From Octopus bimaculoides (taxonomy: Eukaryota): 52,657 nucleotides of DNA. The position numbers and the translations under genes are program-made. Where the stretch lies: contig NC_068986.1 of the NCBI RefSeq assembly GCF_001194135.2, forward strand, positions 3,225,453-3,278,109. Reading direction: 5' to 3'. The notes beneath the pieces are model-generated. The model saw nothing but the letters and a program-made list of their open reading frames with translations. It was not told the DNA's origin and searched no databases. Shown piece by piece: positions 1 through 10,893 of the stretch (position 1 is its first letter; every line of letters begins with the position of its first letter).

Positions 1-93
<93 letters not shown>
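1..93. repeat. Compound (CAT)n/(TAT)n microsatellite
   Basis: Directly visible trinucleotide runs. Confidence 0.97.
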
Positions 94-95
<2 letters not shown>

Positions 96-99
96 AAAA

Positions 100-350
100 A
101 ACTGCTGCCTTAGATATTCATTCAAGCACAGAAAAAGCTAAGCGTATGAAAACCCGTGCTAAAACTGGTGCCTTAGATATTCTTACTGATAAATGGCAAG
201 AAAAACCACTCAGTGACAAATACCCAAAGAGAGCTAATAATGCCGTTGTTGACAAAGCCCTTACCCATCAATGGTTAGTGTCCTCTGGCTTAAAATCAGA
301 AACAGAAGGGTTTATCAGAGCAACCAAGATCAATGTCAACCTACAAGGAG
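100..350 (+). mobile_element. R4/Dong-like (RLE-type) non-LTR retrotransposon fragment
   Basis: Translates to KWQEKPLSDKYPKRANNAVVDKALTHQWLVSSGLKSETEGFIRA, then with a frameshift QDQCQPTR. This matches the W..K.LHG.Y...DK..T..WL...LK.ETEGFI.AAQDQ.L.T motif preceding the zinc knuckle in R4/Dong ORFs (recognised from memory). Confidence 0.7.
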
Positions 351-547
351 CCTTTCACCGATCCCGAAAGGATGAAAGGCAGAACATCCCTGGTGGAATT
401 TGAACTCAGAACATAAGGATGAACGTATAACAACAACAATAACAGTAATTTTCGTTTTATAATATTGACAATAAAATTGGTGTATCAATATAATTTACAC
501 ACCATATTGATAGGAATTATTGCACTATATTTTCTTTTCTTTTAAAG

Positions 548-641
548 ACCACACTTCATTACAAGAATACGAAAATTCACCGTATTGTGGTAGACTTCCT
601 CATACAAATGGGTGATGTGACACGAGGTGATGGCACTGGTG
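548..641 (+). CDS. Cyclophilin-type PPIase A (PPIB/PPIC-like), internal coding exon; upstream exon(s) outside window
   Basis: Polypyrimidine acceptor ttttcttttcttttaaag at 547, donor G|gtaagt at 642, 94 nt (phase 0 to 1). Encodes [31 protein letters not shown], the cyclophilin HRI..DF.IQ.GD.T.GDGTG motif. Confidence 0.95.
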
Positions 642-829
642 GTAAGTACTTGATCTATCATATATATCTTTCTAATCAAAGTATGATAATAGTTGCACTA
701 CACTAAGCATTTAAGCGATCTACAGGTGTAATCGATGGCAGTTTCTTCGCGTCAGATGTCCATGAGAAAGAGAAGCATGCCGTCAATCGGTTATAGAAAT
801 CGATCCTTGACGCTGCAGAGTTTTTTCTT

Positions 830-1200
830 ATCTCTTGCTCTTAGTAGTTTTAAACTGAGAGTCATTCCATGCAATCCGATCTCCACTCTTTAGACTTGGA
901 CGTCTGACCACAGTGGCTGAGCGGGCTAAGACGGTTGCAGACACCAGCAAGTTGTAGGTTTTACATTGGAGTGGCCTTCTCCTGAGTGAATCGCCCGAAA
1001 GTGGTCGGAAGGGTGTCAAAAACGACACAAGACCGCCTGAGGGACTCCATTGTTTAGGTTTGCTATCGAAGTTGACTCCTCTAGCCTTTTCCTTTACCAA
1101 GAAGGCACTCACAAGGTAGTGAGGGTTTGTGCTAGTTGTGTTCATCAAGTGATCTTTGCATGAATTCCATGTTATTCCAAAATTGTCTGACTTCTTAAAC
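830..1200 (-). mobile_element. Possible degenerate LINE reverse-transcriptase fragment
   Basis: At ~1033-1052 the minus strand reads NGVPQ, and one inserted base would give NGVPQGGLVS (GVPQG RT motif), preceded by LVSAFLVKEKARGV. No YADD motif recognised. Confidence 0.3.
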
Positions 1201-1580
1201 AATGATCAGTCATTAAGGAGCGGCACATGATTCAGTTTCTCTCGTTATACTTATTTTTACCAACTAGCTACTTTGCTTGTTGCAAGATCAGTGACTTTCT
1301 ATATATTGCGAGCTGGAGCGAACTACTGCTATCTCTAGCGGACGAGTACCCACCAATCAGGATGAACACAAATAACTCGAAACCATAGGGTCTGGTGGCC
1401 GGAAGATGGTAGGGTTCGCTTCCCTGCATGCAATATATATCGGGTGCAGATTGCATCGATAACTAACTGGAGGAAGCGTCCCCATGGGGTTAAAATGGTA
1501 GTAACATCGGTTCTTACGGCACAGCCATATTGAAGTGACGATAAACATTACTTATCAGTACAGTTACTGCTTTCGTCTCT

Positions 1581-1809
1581 TATTACTTTATTATTATCCA
1601 ATAGTTTTATTTTTATAACGTGCTTTCACTTCACTACCGAGCGCAGCTCTGTGTGCCTTGGGTATGTGCTGTGGTTTGCTGTGATGCTCTTATGGTTACT
1701 GTATTGAAAGTGTTTTGCGTAGGATGTGTGCAGTGCCCAGTAGTGCAATTTTTTGTATGTTATATATATTTGTAAGTCCTGGTGTTTTTGTTATGTATTT
1801 GTCTGAATA

Positions 1810-1812
<3 letters not shown>
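1581..1812 (-). mobile_element. 5'-truncated R4/Dong-like LINE 3' end inside a (TAA)n microsatellite
   Basis: 1812-1696 encodes KYSDKYITKTPGLTNIYNIQKIALLGTAHILRKTLSIQ*, the QK.ALLGTA.ILR C-terminus of RLE-type elements. It is followed by a ~100-nt 3' UTR ending in taataataa, and a (TAA)n run at 1813-1869 abuts its 5' end. Confidence 0.8.
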
Positions 1813-1861
<49 letters not shown>

Positions 1862-2145
1862 TTATTATTAAAATTTTTTTTTTTTTTAAATTTCTCTTCA
1901 AAGTTCTGTCTTGCTATCCAAGGACATTGTCCCAGTATTCCTCTTAAATAGTTTTTTGAGTGTGGAGGTTATATTGTAAGCTTGTACGCAACCCTTCGAT
2001 TATTTAGTGTTTCCTTTTTCAGTGTTGTCTCTAAATATCTAATGATTTGCTGAATATACTTTCCTTTGTTGCATAAAGAATGTTTATTGTTCTGAGTACA
2101 AACATTTGCAAAACTTCTTTTACATAAATTCATTTGTTATTTCAG

Positions 2146-2330
2146 GTAAAAGTATCTATGGAGACACCTTCGATGATGAAGAATTCATATTAAGTCACAA
2201 TAGTACAGGTATTGTTTCCATGGCAAACCATGGCAAAAATACAAATGGTTCTCAATTCTTCATTTTGTTGCAACAAACAAAGTGGTTGGATGGAAAACAT
2301 GTTGTCTTCGGTAAATTGTTGAAAGGATAC
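2146..2330 (+). CDS. Cyclophilin-type PPIase A, internal coding exon
   Basis: Acceptor tttcag at 2145, donor TAC|gtaagt at 2331, 185 nt (phase 1 to 0). Encodes [62 protein letters not shown] and joins the 548-641 exon in frame. Confidence 0.97.
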
Positions 2331-2363
2331 GTAAGTAGAAACTTTCTTATACTTTATTAAATA

Positions 2364-2748
2364 CTCTTTTACTTGTTTCAGTCATTTGACTGTGGCCATG
2401 CTGGAGCACCGCCTTTAGTCGAGCAAATCGACCCCAGGACTTATTCTTTGGAAGCCTAGTACTTATTCTATCGGTCTCTCTTTTGCCGAACCGCTAAGTT
2501 ACGGGGACGTAAACACACCTGCATCGGTTGTCAAGCGATCTTGGGGGGACAAACACAGACACACAAACACATACACACATACATATAAATACATATATAC
2601 GATGGGCTTCTTTCAGTTTCCGTCTACCAAATCTACTCACAAGGCTTTGGTCGAAGACACTTGCCGAAGATGCCACGCAGTGGGACTGAACCCGGAACCA
2701 TGTGGTTAGTAAGCAAGCTACTTACTACACAGCCACTCCTACGCCTAT
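2364..2748 (-). mobile_element. tRNA-derived SINE family A, near full-length copy
   Basis: Minus strand begins ggcgtaggagtggctgtgtagtaag...ggttccgggttcagtccc (pol III A/B boxes), has an internal (TG/TA) microsatellite, and ends ...ccagcatggccacagtcaaatgactgaaacaagtaaaaga. Many related copies occur in the window. Confidence 0.85.
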
Positions 2749-2966
2749 AGGCTACTTGGCTATGTCCACTTTTTAATGGAATCTTTTTCTTGCAAGCTCA
2801 TCTCTTCTCCTGATAATAGTCATAGAAAAGCCTGTAATAAAATAACTATATTAAAAAAAAACGCACACACATATATTTACTGTCAAGGCGTAGCTTACGT
2901 TGCCCTTTTCAAATCTGTTTTTAGTATACAACCATATCGTCTAATAACAGTATGTACTAGCTGTGT

Positions 2967-3185
2967 TAAGGTGGCGAGATGGCAGAATTGTTAACATGCT
3001 GGGCAAAATGCTTAGCGGCTTTTCGCCCATCTTTACATTCTGAGTTCAACTTACGCCGAAGTTGACTTTATCTTTCATCCTTTCGGGGTCGATAAAATAA
3101 GTGCCCGTTGAGCACTGGAGTCGATGTAGTCAACTTACCCTCTCCTCCGAAATTGCTGGCCTTGTGTCAAAAGTTGAGACCAATA
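2967..3185 (+). mobile_element. tRNA-derived SINE family B copy
   Basis: aaggtggcgagatggcagaattgttaacatgctgggcaaaatgcttagcgg...ctgagttcaa...gataaaataagtg...ggccttgtgtcaaaagttgag; matches more than 20 other copies in the window. Confidence 0.85.
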
Positions 3186-3219
3186 TATATTGGTGACGTG
3201 CTATTTCTATTAGAAAGGG

Positions 3220-3400
3220 CATGAACCCAAGTGGTTAGGGTGTTGTTCTCACGAATGTGAAATTCTGGTTTCGATTCCCAGACTGGGTAGTGCGTTGCGA
3301 TCACTTCTAACGTCTGACGTGTGGCACACCGTGCACCTGTACAGGTAATGTCGTTTGATGATGTGAGTGATCGAACACACAACATAAACATTTGATTACT
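3220..3400 (+). mobile_element. Degenerate tRNA-headed SINE fragment
   Basis: cccaagtggttagggtg...ggtttcgattcccagactggg resembles A/B boxes and the head of the 44755-45146 element. Confidence 0.55.
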
Positions 3401-4084
3401 ATGTACAAATCATCTGTGAAGGTTGTTTAGTAAGAGACAGTGGAACCCTAATCTGTTGTCACGGCAGGAAAGTCCTTGACTGTCGATTAAAACGAACGAT
3501 TTAAACATTAAAATGAGGTACGCTATGATTAAACAATAAACAACATATACAAAAAGTAGAAACTTGAAAAATTTCGCTGCAACTTAAAATTCTTATAAAG
3601 CAACACTCTAAATTAAACTGAGATTGTTCCTCTCGATTTAAAGTTGTAGGGGAGTTGATTTTCAGATGTTGGTGGGGGACGGGGTTGCACCTTTGTAATT
3701 TATCTCAATAGAACAGGTTATAATACCGCTGTTTAGCTTAGTTTAGTATTGGTAAGACGATAGTAACTCTTCTCTCTCCGCATCATCGATTTTGTCCAAG
3801 AAAAAGGTCGCCGCCATAGGAGCCATACAGCATCGTCGTTGCTACTGTTGTCAGAACGCAAAATAAAAAAAAAAAGATGGAGCAAATACCGCAAGGTATC
3901 CTATCCAATACTCTCAGAGATCCGTTAATCCACTGCCCATGATTGGTACTTTTTTTTTTTTATCGAACCCAAAAGGATGAAAGGCAAAGTTAATCTCAGC
4001 GGGATTTGAACTCAAAGTGAAAATAGATGAAATAAATGCCACGTGGTATTCTATCCAACACTCGAACGATTCTAACGATTCGAT

Positions 4085-4316
4085 TTCTTGTTTTAGTCAT
4101 TGGACTGCGGCCATGCTGGGGCACCACTTTGAATGGTTTTTAGCCGAACGAATCGACCCCAGTAATAATTTTTTTAAAGTTTGATACCTATTTTATCAGT
4201 CTCTTATGCAGAATCGGTTACATGACAGGGACGTAAACAAAGAAACACCGGTTGTCAAGTAGTGGTGGCGTACAACTACACAAACACAGACACACGCGCA
4301 CCTCCGCTTTTCCCAT

Positions 4317-4330
<14 letters not shown>
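4085..4330 (-). mobile_element. SINE family A, 3' half
   Basis: ttttagtcattggactgcggccatgctggggcaccac...gaatcgaccccag...cggttgtcaag, ending in a (CA)n(TA)n microsatellite. Confidence 0.75.
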
Positions 4331-4357
<27 letters not shown>

Positions 4358-4388
<31 letters not shown>

Positions 4389-4895
4389 TTAACGTCCGTT
4401 GTCCATGCTGGCATGGGTTGGACGATTTGACAAGGGCTGGTAAACTGGAAGACTGCACCAGACTCCAGTCTGATTTGGCATAGTTTTCTACAGCTGGTTG
4501 CCCTTTCCTAACCTCAACCGCTCTGAGAGTGTAATGGGTGCTTTTACGTACCACCGGCACGGATGCCATTTGCGAGACATCGGTATCTGCCACGACTGCG
4601 ATTTTGCTCGGCTTGATGGGTCCTCTTCTCAAACACAACATACTACCAAAGGTCTCAGTTACTGCCTCCGTGAGGCCCAACACTCGAAAGGAACTCAGTC
4701 ACTTTGGCTCCGTGAGGCCCAACGCTCGAACGGTGCTCTTTACGTGCTACTGGCATGGGTGCCAGTTACGTGACACCAACATCAGTTAAGACTACGATTT
4801 TACTTGGCTTGACGGGTCTTCTCAAGCACAGCATATCGCCAAAGCTCTCGGTCGCTAGTCATTGCTTCTGTGAGGCTCAAAGCTCGAAGATCATG
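4358..4895 (-). mobile_element. Repeat family D ((TGA)n-tailed SINE/LINE-tail type) with internal duplications
   Basis: (TCA)n-tttaacgtccgttgtccatgctggcatggg...ttctacagctgg..gccctttcctaac is shared with copies at 41834-42000 and 43340-43660. Internal ~195-bp direct duplication at 4537-4731 / 4732-4895. Confidence 0.7.
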
Positions 4896-5389
4896 CTTTA
4901 CTACTTAAGGTCATGAGTTCGATTCCTGATACAGGCGGGTCATTGTGTCCTTGAGTAATGCACATCATTTCATGTTGATCGCATCCACACAACTGAAGAC
5001 TCTCCCCCCCTCTCTCTCTCTCTCTCACCAGCTATCACATCTTCAATGTTCCGCTGGGTCAGGGGTGTGTGGGCTGAGAGGAGTCTATGTCCGTTTGCAA
5101 CTACTTTATTTCATATAGATTTGCCATACATGCATTAGAGAGGGGACAAACAAGGACAGACAAACATAAAGGGTGAAGAAGCTTTTACGTTTTAAAAATG
5201 TCAAATCAATCGGATGAAAAAATGAATCGATGAAATATGCAATTAAAATTTTGAATTTTGATTAAGTCATTGCGTTTTGCAATGAAGACCGTTGAAAGAG
5301 AGGCACCCGGCCATCTGGGTAGAACCTTTACTTTTTAACCCGACCTCACTTACCTGGTGCCAATCGTACCCAGCTTGCTCACCACAGGC

Positions 5390-5880
5390 TTCTATCTTTT
5401 CACAAACATATCTCGTGACAGACACTTCTTCTCCAGCCTGATCTTACTACCGGGGTGGTAACTAAAATATTTAACCAACCCCCAGCCAGAGACAAAGGTA
5501 CCTGTCACTATACCTTTCACACGCGTCTTCCATACTGTTTCTTTCAGTATGGCTACTACGCAGAGAAAGCAAGCCTTCCTTTCCTTGTTAAGGAAAGGAG
5601 GTGGCACAATCTCGATGATAGACTCAGCTGATAGCTGTACTCTTCCTGTCACTGACAACGGTTGTTCGACAAAAGCTATCAGTCCCGATTACTCCGGACA
5701 CTCCACTAATGCGTGCAAGACGGTTTCCCTATCTTGCCCACATCTCGGGCATGTCGGCGAGACAGCACTTCCGTGCCTTGACAGTACTTCCGTGCCTTGA
5801 CAGCTTGTCACGAACAGGTAACACCGCACGGAAGCACTGCCAAGCCAGAGATTTGTATGTAGGCGTACATCGGGCATGTG
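5390..5880 (-). mobile_element. Tx1/L1-type LINE ORF2 C-terminal (zf-RVT) fragment
   Basis: Two overlapping ORFs rejoin as YKSLAWQCFRAVLPVRDKLSRHGSAVSPTCPRCGQDRETVLHALVECP (CxxC...H...C zinc knuckle) once a 19-bp tandem duplication at 5763-5800 is removed. Downstream reads ACFLCVVAILKETVWKTRVKG...KIRLEKKCL. Confidence 0.75.
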
Positions 5881-5959
5881 AACAATATAGATGCTGGAAA
5901 TATATTCTGCGTGCTACAAAATTGATGAAAGAAATATAAGCATTCATTTACTGTTTTGC

Positions 5960-6250
5960 CTGTTTCAGTCATTGGGATCATGCCCAAGCATTGCTTTGAA
6001 AGATTTTTAATTTAATCAAATCGACACCAATACTTGTTTTGCAGTCTGGTACTTATTCTATCGCCTTGGTTTGCCGAACCGCTACATTAGAGGAAGTTAA
6101 CACCCCAACAACGGTTGTTAAACAGTGAGACACAAACACACACATATAACCGTTTTACTCACAAAGCATTGATCGGCTTGAGGCTATAGCAGAAGACACT
6201 TGTCCAAGGGATTGAACCCAAACCAGCGTGATTTGAAAACGAACTTCTTA
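5960..6250 (-). mobile_element. SINE family A, degenerate copy
   Basis: tgtttcagtcattggg...tttgccgaaccgctac...agaagacacttgtccaagggattgaaccc. Confidence 0.7.
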
Positions 6251-6259
6251 ACCAAAGAG

Positions 6260-6600
6260 GGCAAAGTTGGTCCTAGCGGAATTTGAACTCAGAACATATA
6301 AACGGACGAAATATCGCTAAGCTTTTTTTCCCGGCGTGCTAACGATTCTGCCAGCTCGCCGCCTTAACCAGCAAATATGCATTCGTTTCTACAATGGCCA
6401 CAAAGCCTGAAATTTTGTGGGAGGGGGCTGGTCGATTACATTGACCTAGTGTTCAACTGGTACTATTTTACCGACCCTGAAAGGGCAAAAAGCAAAGTCG
6501 ACCCCTGTAGCATTTGAACTCTGATCGTAAAGTCGGAAGAATTGCCGCTAAGCATTTCTTCCAGTGTGGTAACGATTCCACTTGACCGAGCCTTAACCAG
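6260..6600 (-). mobile_element. Two tandem SINE family B copies
   Basis: Two successive units of gcaaagt...ttgaactc...gctaagc...aacgattc...ccttaaccag. Confidence 0.75.
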
Positions 6601-6803
6601 TAATTATATATTAATTCTGCACTTTGCTTTTGAATTTTTATTTATTTTTGTTTAAAACTACTACCAATGCTACATGTTATAAAATTGTTTCGTCGATACT
6701 GTTTAATTCTGAAGACCATTATTCTCATCACATTAGTCATCAGAAAATTCTTGAAATATTTTCCTTATTCTATCTTTTTTCATTTTTATATTTCTATTTC
6801 TAG

Positions 6804-6968
6804 GATTTTCTGAGAAAGATTGGTGCAATCGACACTGATGAAATAAATCAGCCTAAAAAGAAAGTCAAAATCCTCGATTGTGGTGCTGAGGATGTACCAA
6901 ATCCATTTTGTCTCAGTGAAAGTCAAAGCGTGGCAAACGCTGATATGGATGTCGAAATCATCGTATAA
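6804..6968 (+). CDS. Cyclophilin-type PPIase A, terminal coding exon
   Basis: Acceptor tttctatttctag at 6803, phase 0, 165 nt including TAA. Encodes DFLRKIGAIDTDEINQPKKKVKILDCGAEDVPNPFCLSESQSVANADMDVEIIV*, with the P.K.V.I.DCG C-terminal cyclophilin strand. Confidence 0.93.
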   Translation, partial: DFLRKIGAIDTDEINQPKKKVKILDCGAEDVPNPFCLSESQSVANADMDVEIIV

Positions 6969-7189
6969 ATTGTTATTATTGTTTTTCTTTAGCAAAATCA
7001 AGCAAAATTTCGTATTTCTTCTCATTCTTTCCACCTTATCATTTCCCTCAACATATTTTGCTGCTGCACTTTCTCACTTCCAGTTTTATTCCTTCGATGA
7101 TAATTTGGCAAAATGTTAACGAAGAGATAAGCCTTTTGCAAGAACAAACAAATCAGAAGAGTCTCAACAAAACTATTAAAAAATGCCAC

Positions 7190-7241
<52 letters not shown>

Positions 7242-7906
7242 TGTGTGTTCACGGTGGAACGTTGGCAGAAAACTAATTATATAAACTAGTGTTTATCATA
7301 ATTTCTCATATATATATATATATTATATGATCGGAGTTTTTGTTGAATTTTGCGTTGCACCGATGAACTCAGAACAAACCAAAATGTGACACCGCTTAAT
7401 TCCGCAATTTTATATATTATTCACCAACAACGTTGCTTGTTCTATTTTATTTTCTCATTACACACAAACAACTTTTGTAAACTTTTCTTTTTGATTTTTT
7501 TTCCTTTTGTATTTCTGATCTTAAATGTTATTTACTTCTTACTTAGAGAAAAATATTAATCTCCAAATTTGGTATTTTAATTTAATTAAGCGTCACTCAC
7601 CATACCATGTGTATGAAAAAGTAAAATAAACGTTTATAGATCAAGTAATCAAGAGTATTTTATAATTAATATAATTATTGTTTACTAACTACAGTCATTG
7701 TTATTGTTATTATATCCAGATGTAAAAGCAGTGAACTGAGATAATCATTAGTGCGTCGGACGAGAAAATGCTTAGCGGTATTTCTTCTGGATCTTTACGT
7801 TCTGTGTTCCAAACTCCTCCCACCCCAGGTCAACTTTGCTTTTCATCCGATAAAATAAAGTGCTAAAGTATTGGAACCGAGGAAATATACTTGTCCACTC
7901 CTCCCC

Positions 7907-8090
7907 GCATCGCTTAGTGGTTAAGGTATTGGACTCATGGTCGTAAGTAAGATTGCGGTTTCGAATCCTTGACTGGGCGACGAATTGTGTTCGTGAGCAA
8001 AATACTTCTGCGACGAGCCGGCGTCCCGTCCAGTGGGTAAATACATATACGCCACGGAAACCGGGAACCGGTCTTTATGAGTAGATAGGG
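7907..8090 (+). mobile_element. tRNA-derived SINE family F copy
   Basis: gcttagtggttaaggtattggactcatggtcgtaag...ggtttcgaatcc...gttcgtgagcaaaatac...ggaaaccgggaa. Confidence 0.7.
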
Positions 8091-8244
8091 TTCGGGAAGG
8101 ATGTTTTATCTGTTATCTTTCGATAATCGATCTAAGTACTACCATGTCCTAATTTGTGATCTGTGAAAGTATAAGAATTCATTATAACTGGAGAAGACGC
8201 GTAGACAGATTCTAAAGTCAGGAAGTAAAAAAAAAAAAGTCATA

Positions 8245-8452
8245 TAGGCCCCTAAGGGCCAGTTTCCCGGTTTCCATTCCCTACCTGGACGAAACACTAG
8301 TTCATTGCAGTATTACACATTTTTGCCAGCTGAGTGGATTGGAGCAACATGAAATGAAGTGTTTTGCTCAAGAACAGAACGCGTCGCCTGGTCCAGGAAT
8401 CGAAACCACAATCTTACGATCATGACTCTAATACTCTAACCACTAAGCCACA
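8245..8452 (-). mobile_element. tRNA-derived SINE family F copy, inverted relative to 7907-8090
   Basis: Minus strand reads tggcttagtggttagagtattagagtcatgatcgtaagattgtggtttcgattcc...ttcttgagcaaaacac...ggaaaccgggaaac. Confidence 0.75.
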
Positions 8453-8714
8453 AGCCTACACAAAGTAATGAAGAGCGAGCATTTAAAAAAAGGCGCCGTG
8501 ACACGTACCAGACTATTTAAACTCATTGGTATACATGTTATAAAAGGCGCCAATTTTGAAAAATGTCCTCGGCGGTGGAGGAACGGTCGTTCCCCACTGT
8601 TAGCTACGCTATTGAACTTGGATATGATACACAAGTACAACGTCGGAATTCCTCAGACCTCGGTACAAAAGCCTTTCCAGATTACACAAATAAAAATCTA
8701 CTTAATGATTTCAA

Positions 8715-8918
8715 ATGTTGACACAAGGCCAGCAAATTCGGGGAGGGGTAAGTCGATTACATCGACCCTTGTGTTCAGTTGGTACTTATTTTACCAACCC
8801 CGAAAGAATTATAGGCGAAGTCGACCTCGGGGGAACTTGAACTCGGAACGTAAATACGGATGAAATGCCGCTAAGCATTTTCCCGGCCTGCTAACGATTC
8901 TGCCTGCTCACCGCCTTA
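8715..8918 (-). mobile_element. SINE family B copy
   Basis: gacacaaggccagcaaattcgggg...gtcgattacatcgacc...gtcgacctcgg...gctaacgattctgcctgctcaccgcctt. Confidence 0.85.
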
Positions 8919-10059
8919 TTTTACTTAAATAATGAAATACAGGTATCTGTACATTAGTATAGATGATACAATTTTATTAATACTGTGCTATGCACGTTAT
9001 AGTGAAACAAGGACGACCACTAAACTAGCGAGGCGGCCGCGGGGATCCGAAATTATAGCTCGTCAATTTGTGCAGACTATAAGAGGTTCTAGAACCATCA
9101 GTGACCCAAAAGTCAGTGATGTTATTTATATGAAGCTGATATGTACCACGGTTATCTCCCTCTTTTTACTTATATTAAATGACGTTCATCTTGAAAAATA
9201 TTCAAAGAGATCGTGAACACACATACTACGTTTACAGATACTGGTGTTGCCTTTTTTTTTTTTTTTTTTTGAATCTCACAAATGTATATATATTTACTGG
9301 TATCCTTTCAAGTTATTTCTAATCTGTTGAAAAGCGTAATATAATTTATTCAGTCACTGAAATTATCTATGCGAGCAAATGAACATAATCATGAATTTAT
9401 ATATATATATATATATATAAAATCACAATTAAGAGTATCTAAGAAATACCATCATGTTTGAAATAGCAGTCAAAACCTGACTCTAAAACCATGTTTTTTG
9501 TTTGTTTGTTTTTTGTCTTTGCTGCCGTACACATTCGCTAGCTTTCTTACAAAGGGGTCTAATGCTTACACTTTTTGGGGGGCAACCAGATCGGACCTTC
9601 TCAAGTGAAACTGCCCGAAATGGTCGTGACTTCTGGAACTTGACTGATGAAAGAAAGCCACGAATGACCCGTCTTTTTTCGCCTCTACTTCTAATTGTTG
9701 TTTCTCTTGTCCGCCTTTGTATCATCGATCTGTCCGAATGTTTTATTGTCCTCTATTGCGTTTTTCTTCCATTTATATATATATATATATATATAAGGAT
9801 AATTTTATAATTTCGTTAATCCCAAAAGAAATTTCGTTGAACCGAAGAATAAAAGTAAGACTGTAGATGGAAGTGCTCACGTAACGGTGAGACGAAAGGG
9901 AAAATAAATTGAAAGGTTTAATGAATGAACGCTCTAATTGGCCAAAATAACTTTATAGCAGTCCCATATTATCATAAATCGAACGTAAATATACATTAAA
10001 ACATCAGGGCATCCAGTGGTAAAACCCATTAGGATAACATATATATATACGAATAAAAG

Positions 10060-10503
10060 GTGATATATATATATATGTATATATATGTATCTATGTATAT
10101 ATATATGCATATACCGGTATACACATATGTATATATATGCATATATACGTTTGTGTATTTATATATATATATGCATATATATATTTGTATACATATATAT
10201 ATGGACATATATATGCATATATACGTATATGCATATATATGTATATACATATATGTATATATATATATATATATGCATATATATATTTGTATACATATAT
10301 ATATGGACATATATATGCATATATACGTATATGCATATATATGTATATACATATATNNNNNNNNNNATATGTATATATGTGTAAATACATATGTATATAT
10401 GTGTATATACATATATATGCATATACGTATATATATATATGTGTGTGTATATACATATATGTATATGTATGTATATACATATATATATGTATATACATAT
10501 ATG

Positions 10504-10535
<32 letters not shown>

Positions 10536-10554
10536 GTACATATATATGATATGC

Positions 10555-10587
<33 letters not shown>

Positions 10588-10610
10588 TATGATACATATA
10601 TGTTTATATA

Positions 10611-10640
<30 letters not shown>
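10060..10640. repeat. Compound (TA)/(TATG)/(TG) microsatellite with a higher-order ~90-100-bp duplicated unit and a 10-N gap
   Basis: The unit tttgtatacatatatatatggacatatatatgcatatatacgtatatgc occurs twice (~10180 and ~10285). It explains the many Y/I/C ORFs in the track. Confidence 0.9.
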
Positions 10641-10641
<1 letters not shown>

Positions 10642-10642
10642 C

Positions 10643-10800
10643 ATGAATGCGCATGGCTCAGTGGTTAGAACGTCGAACTTACCATCGTTAGGTTGTGAGT
10701 GAGTTCTATTCCCGGACACGGCTGTATGTTGTGTTCTTGAGCAAGACACTCTATTTCACGTTGCTCCAGTTCGCTCAGCTGTAGAAATTAGTTGCGATGT
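10643..10800 (+). mobile_element. SINE family F copy
   Basis: gcatggctcagtggttagaacgtcg...ttctattcccgg...gtgttcttgagcaagacactctatttcacgttgctccag. Confidence 0.7.
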
Positions 10801-10862
10801 GAGTGCGTGTGTATGCATAATCTGTATGTACGTGTGTGTGTATGTATGTATAACAAATATGC

Positions 10863-10893
<31 letters not shown>

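Noticed and set aside
8540-8615. ggcgcc...gttagctacgctattg, resembling one end of a CAGTGGCGTAGC-type MITE
   Set aside because: No matching opposite TIR or TSD was found.
10029-10749. Long ORFs rich in Y/I/C/H/T (also near 17207-17514, 18630-19216, 42946-43192, 50009-50528)
   Set aside because: They are translations of (TA)n, (TG)n and (AG)n microsatellites or N runs, with no domain content.
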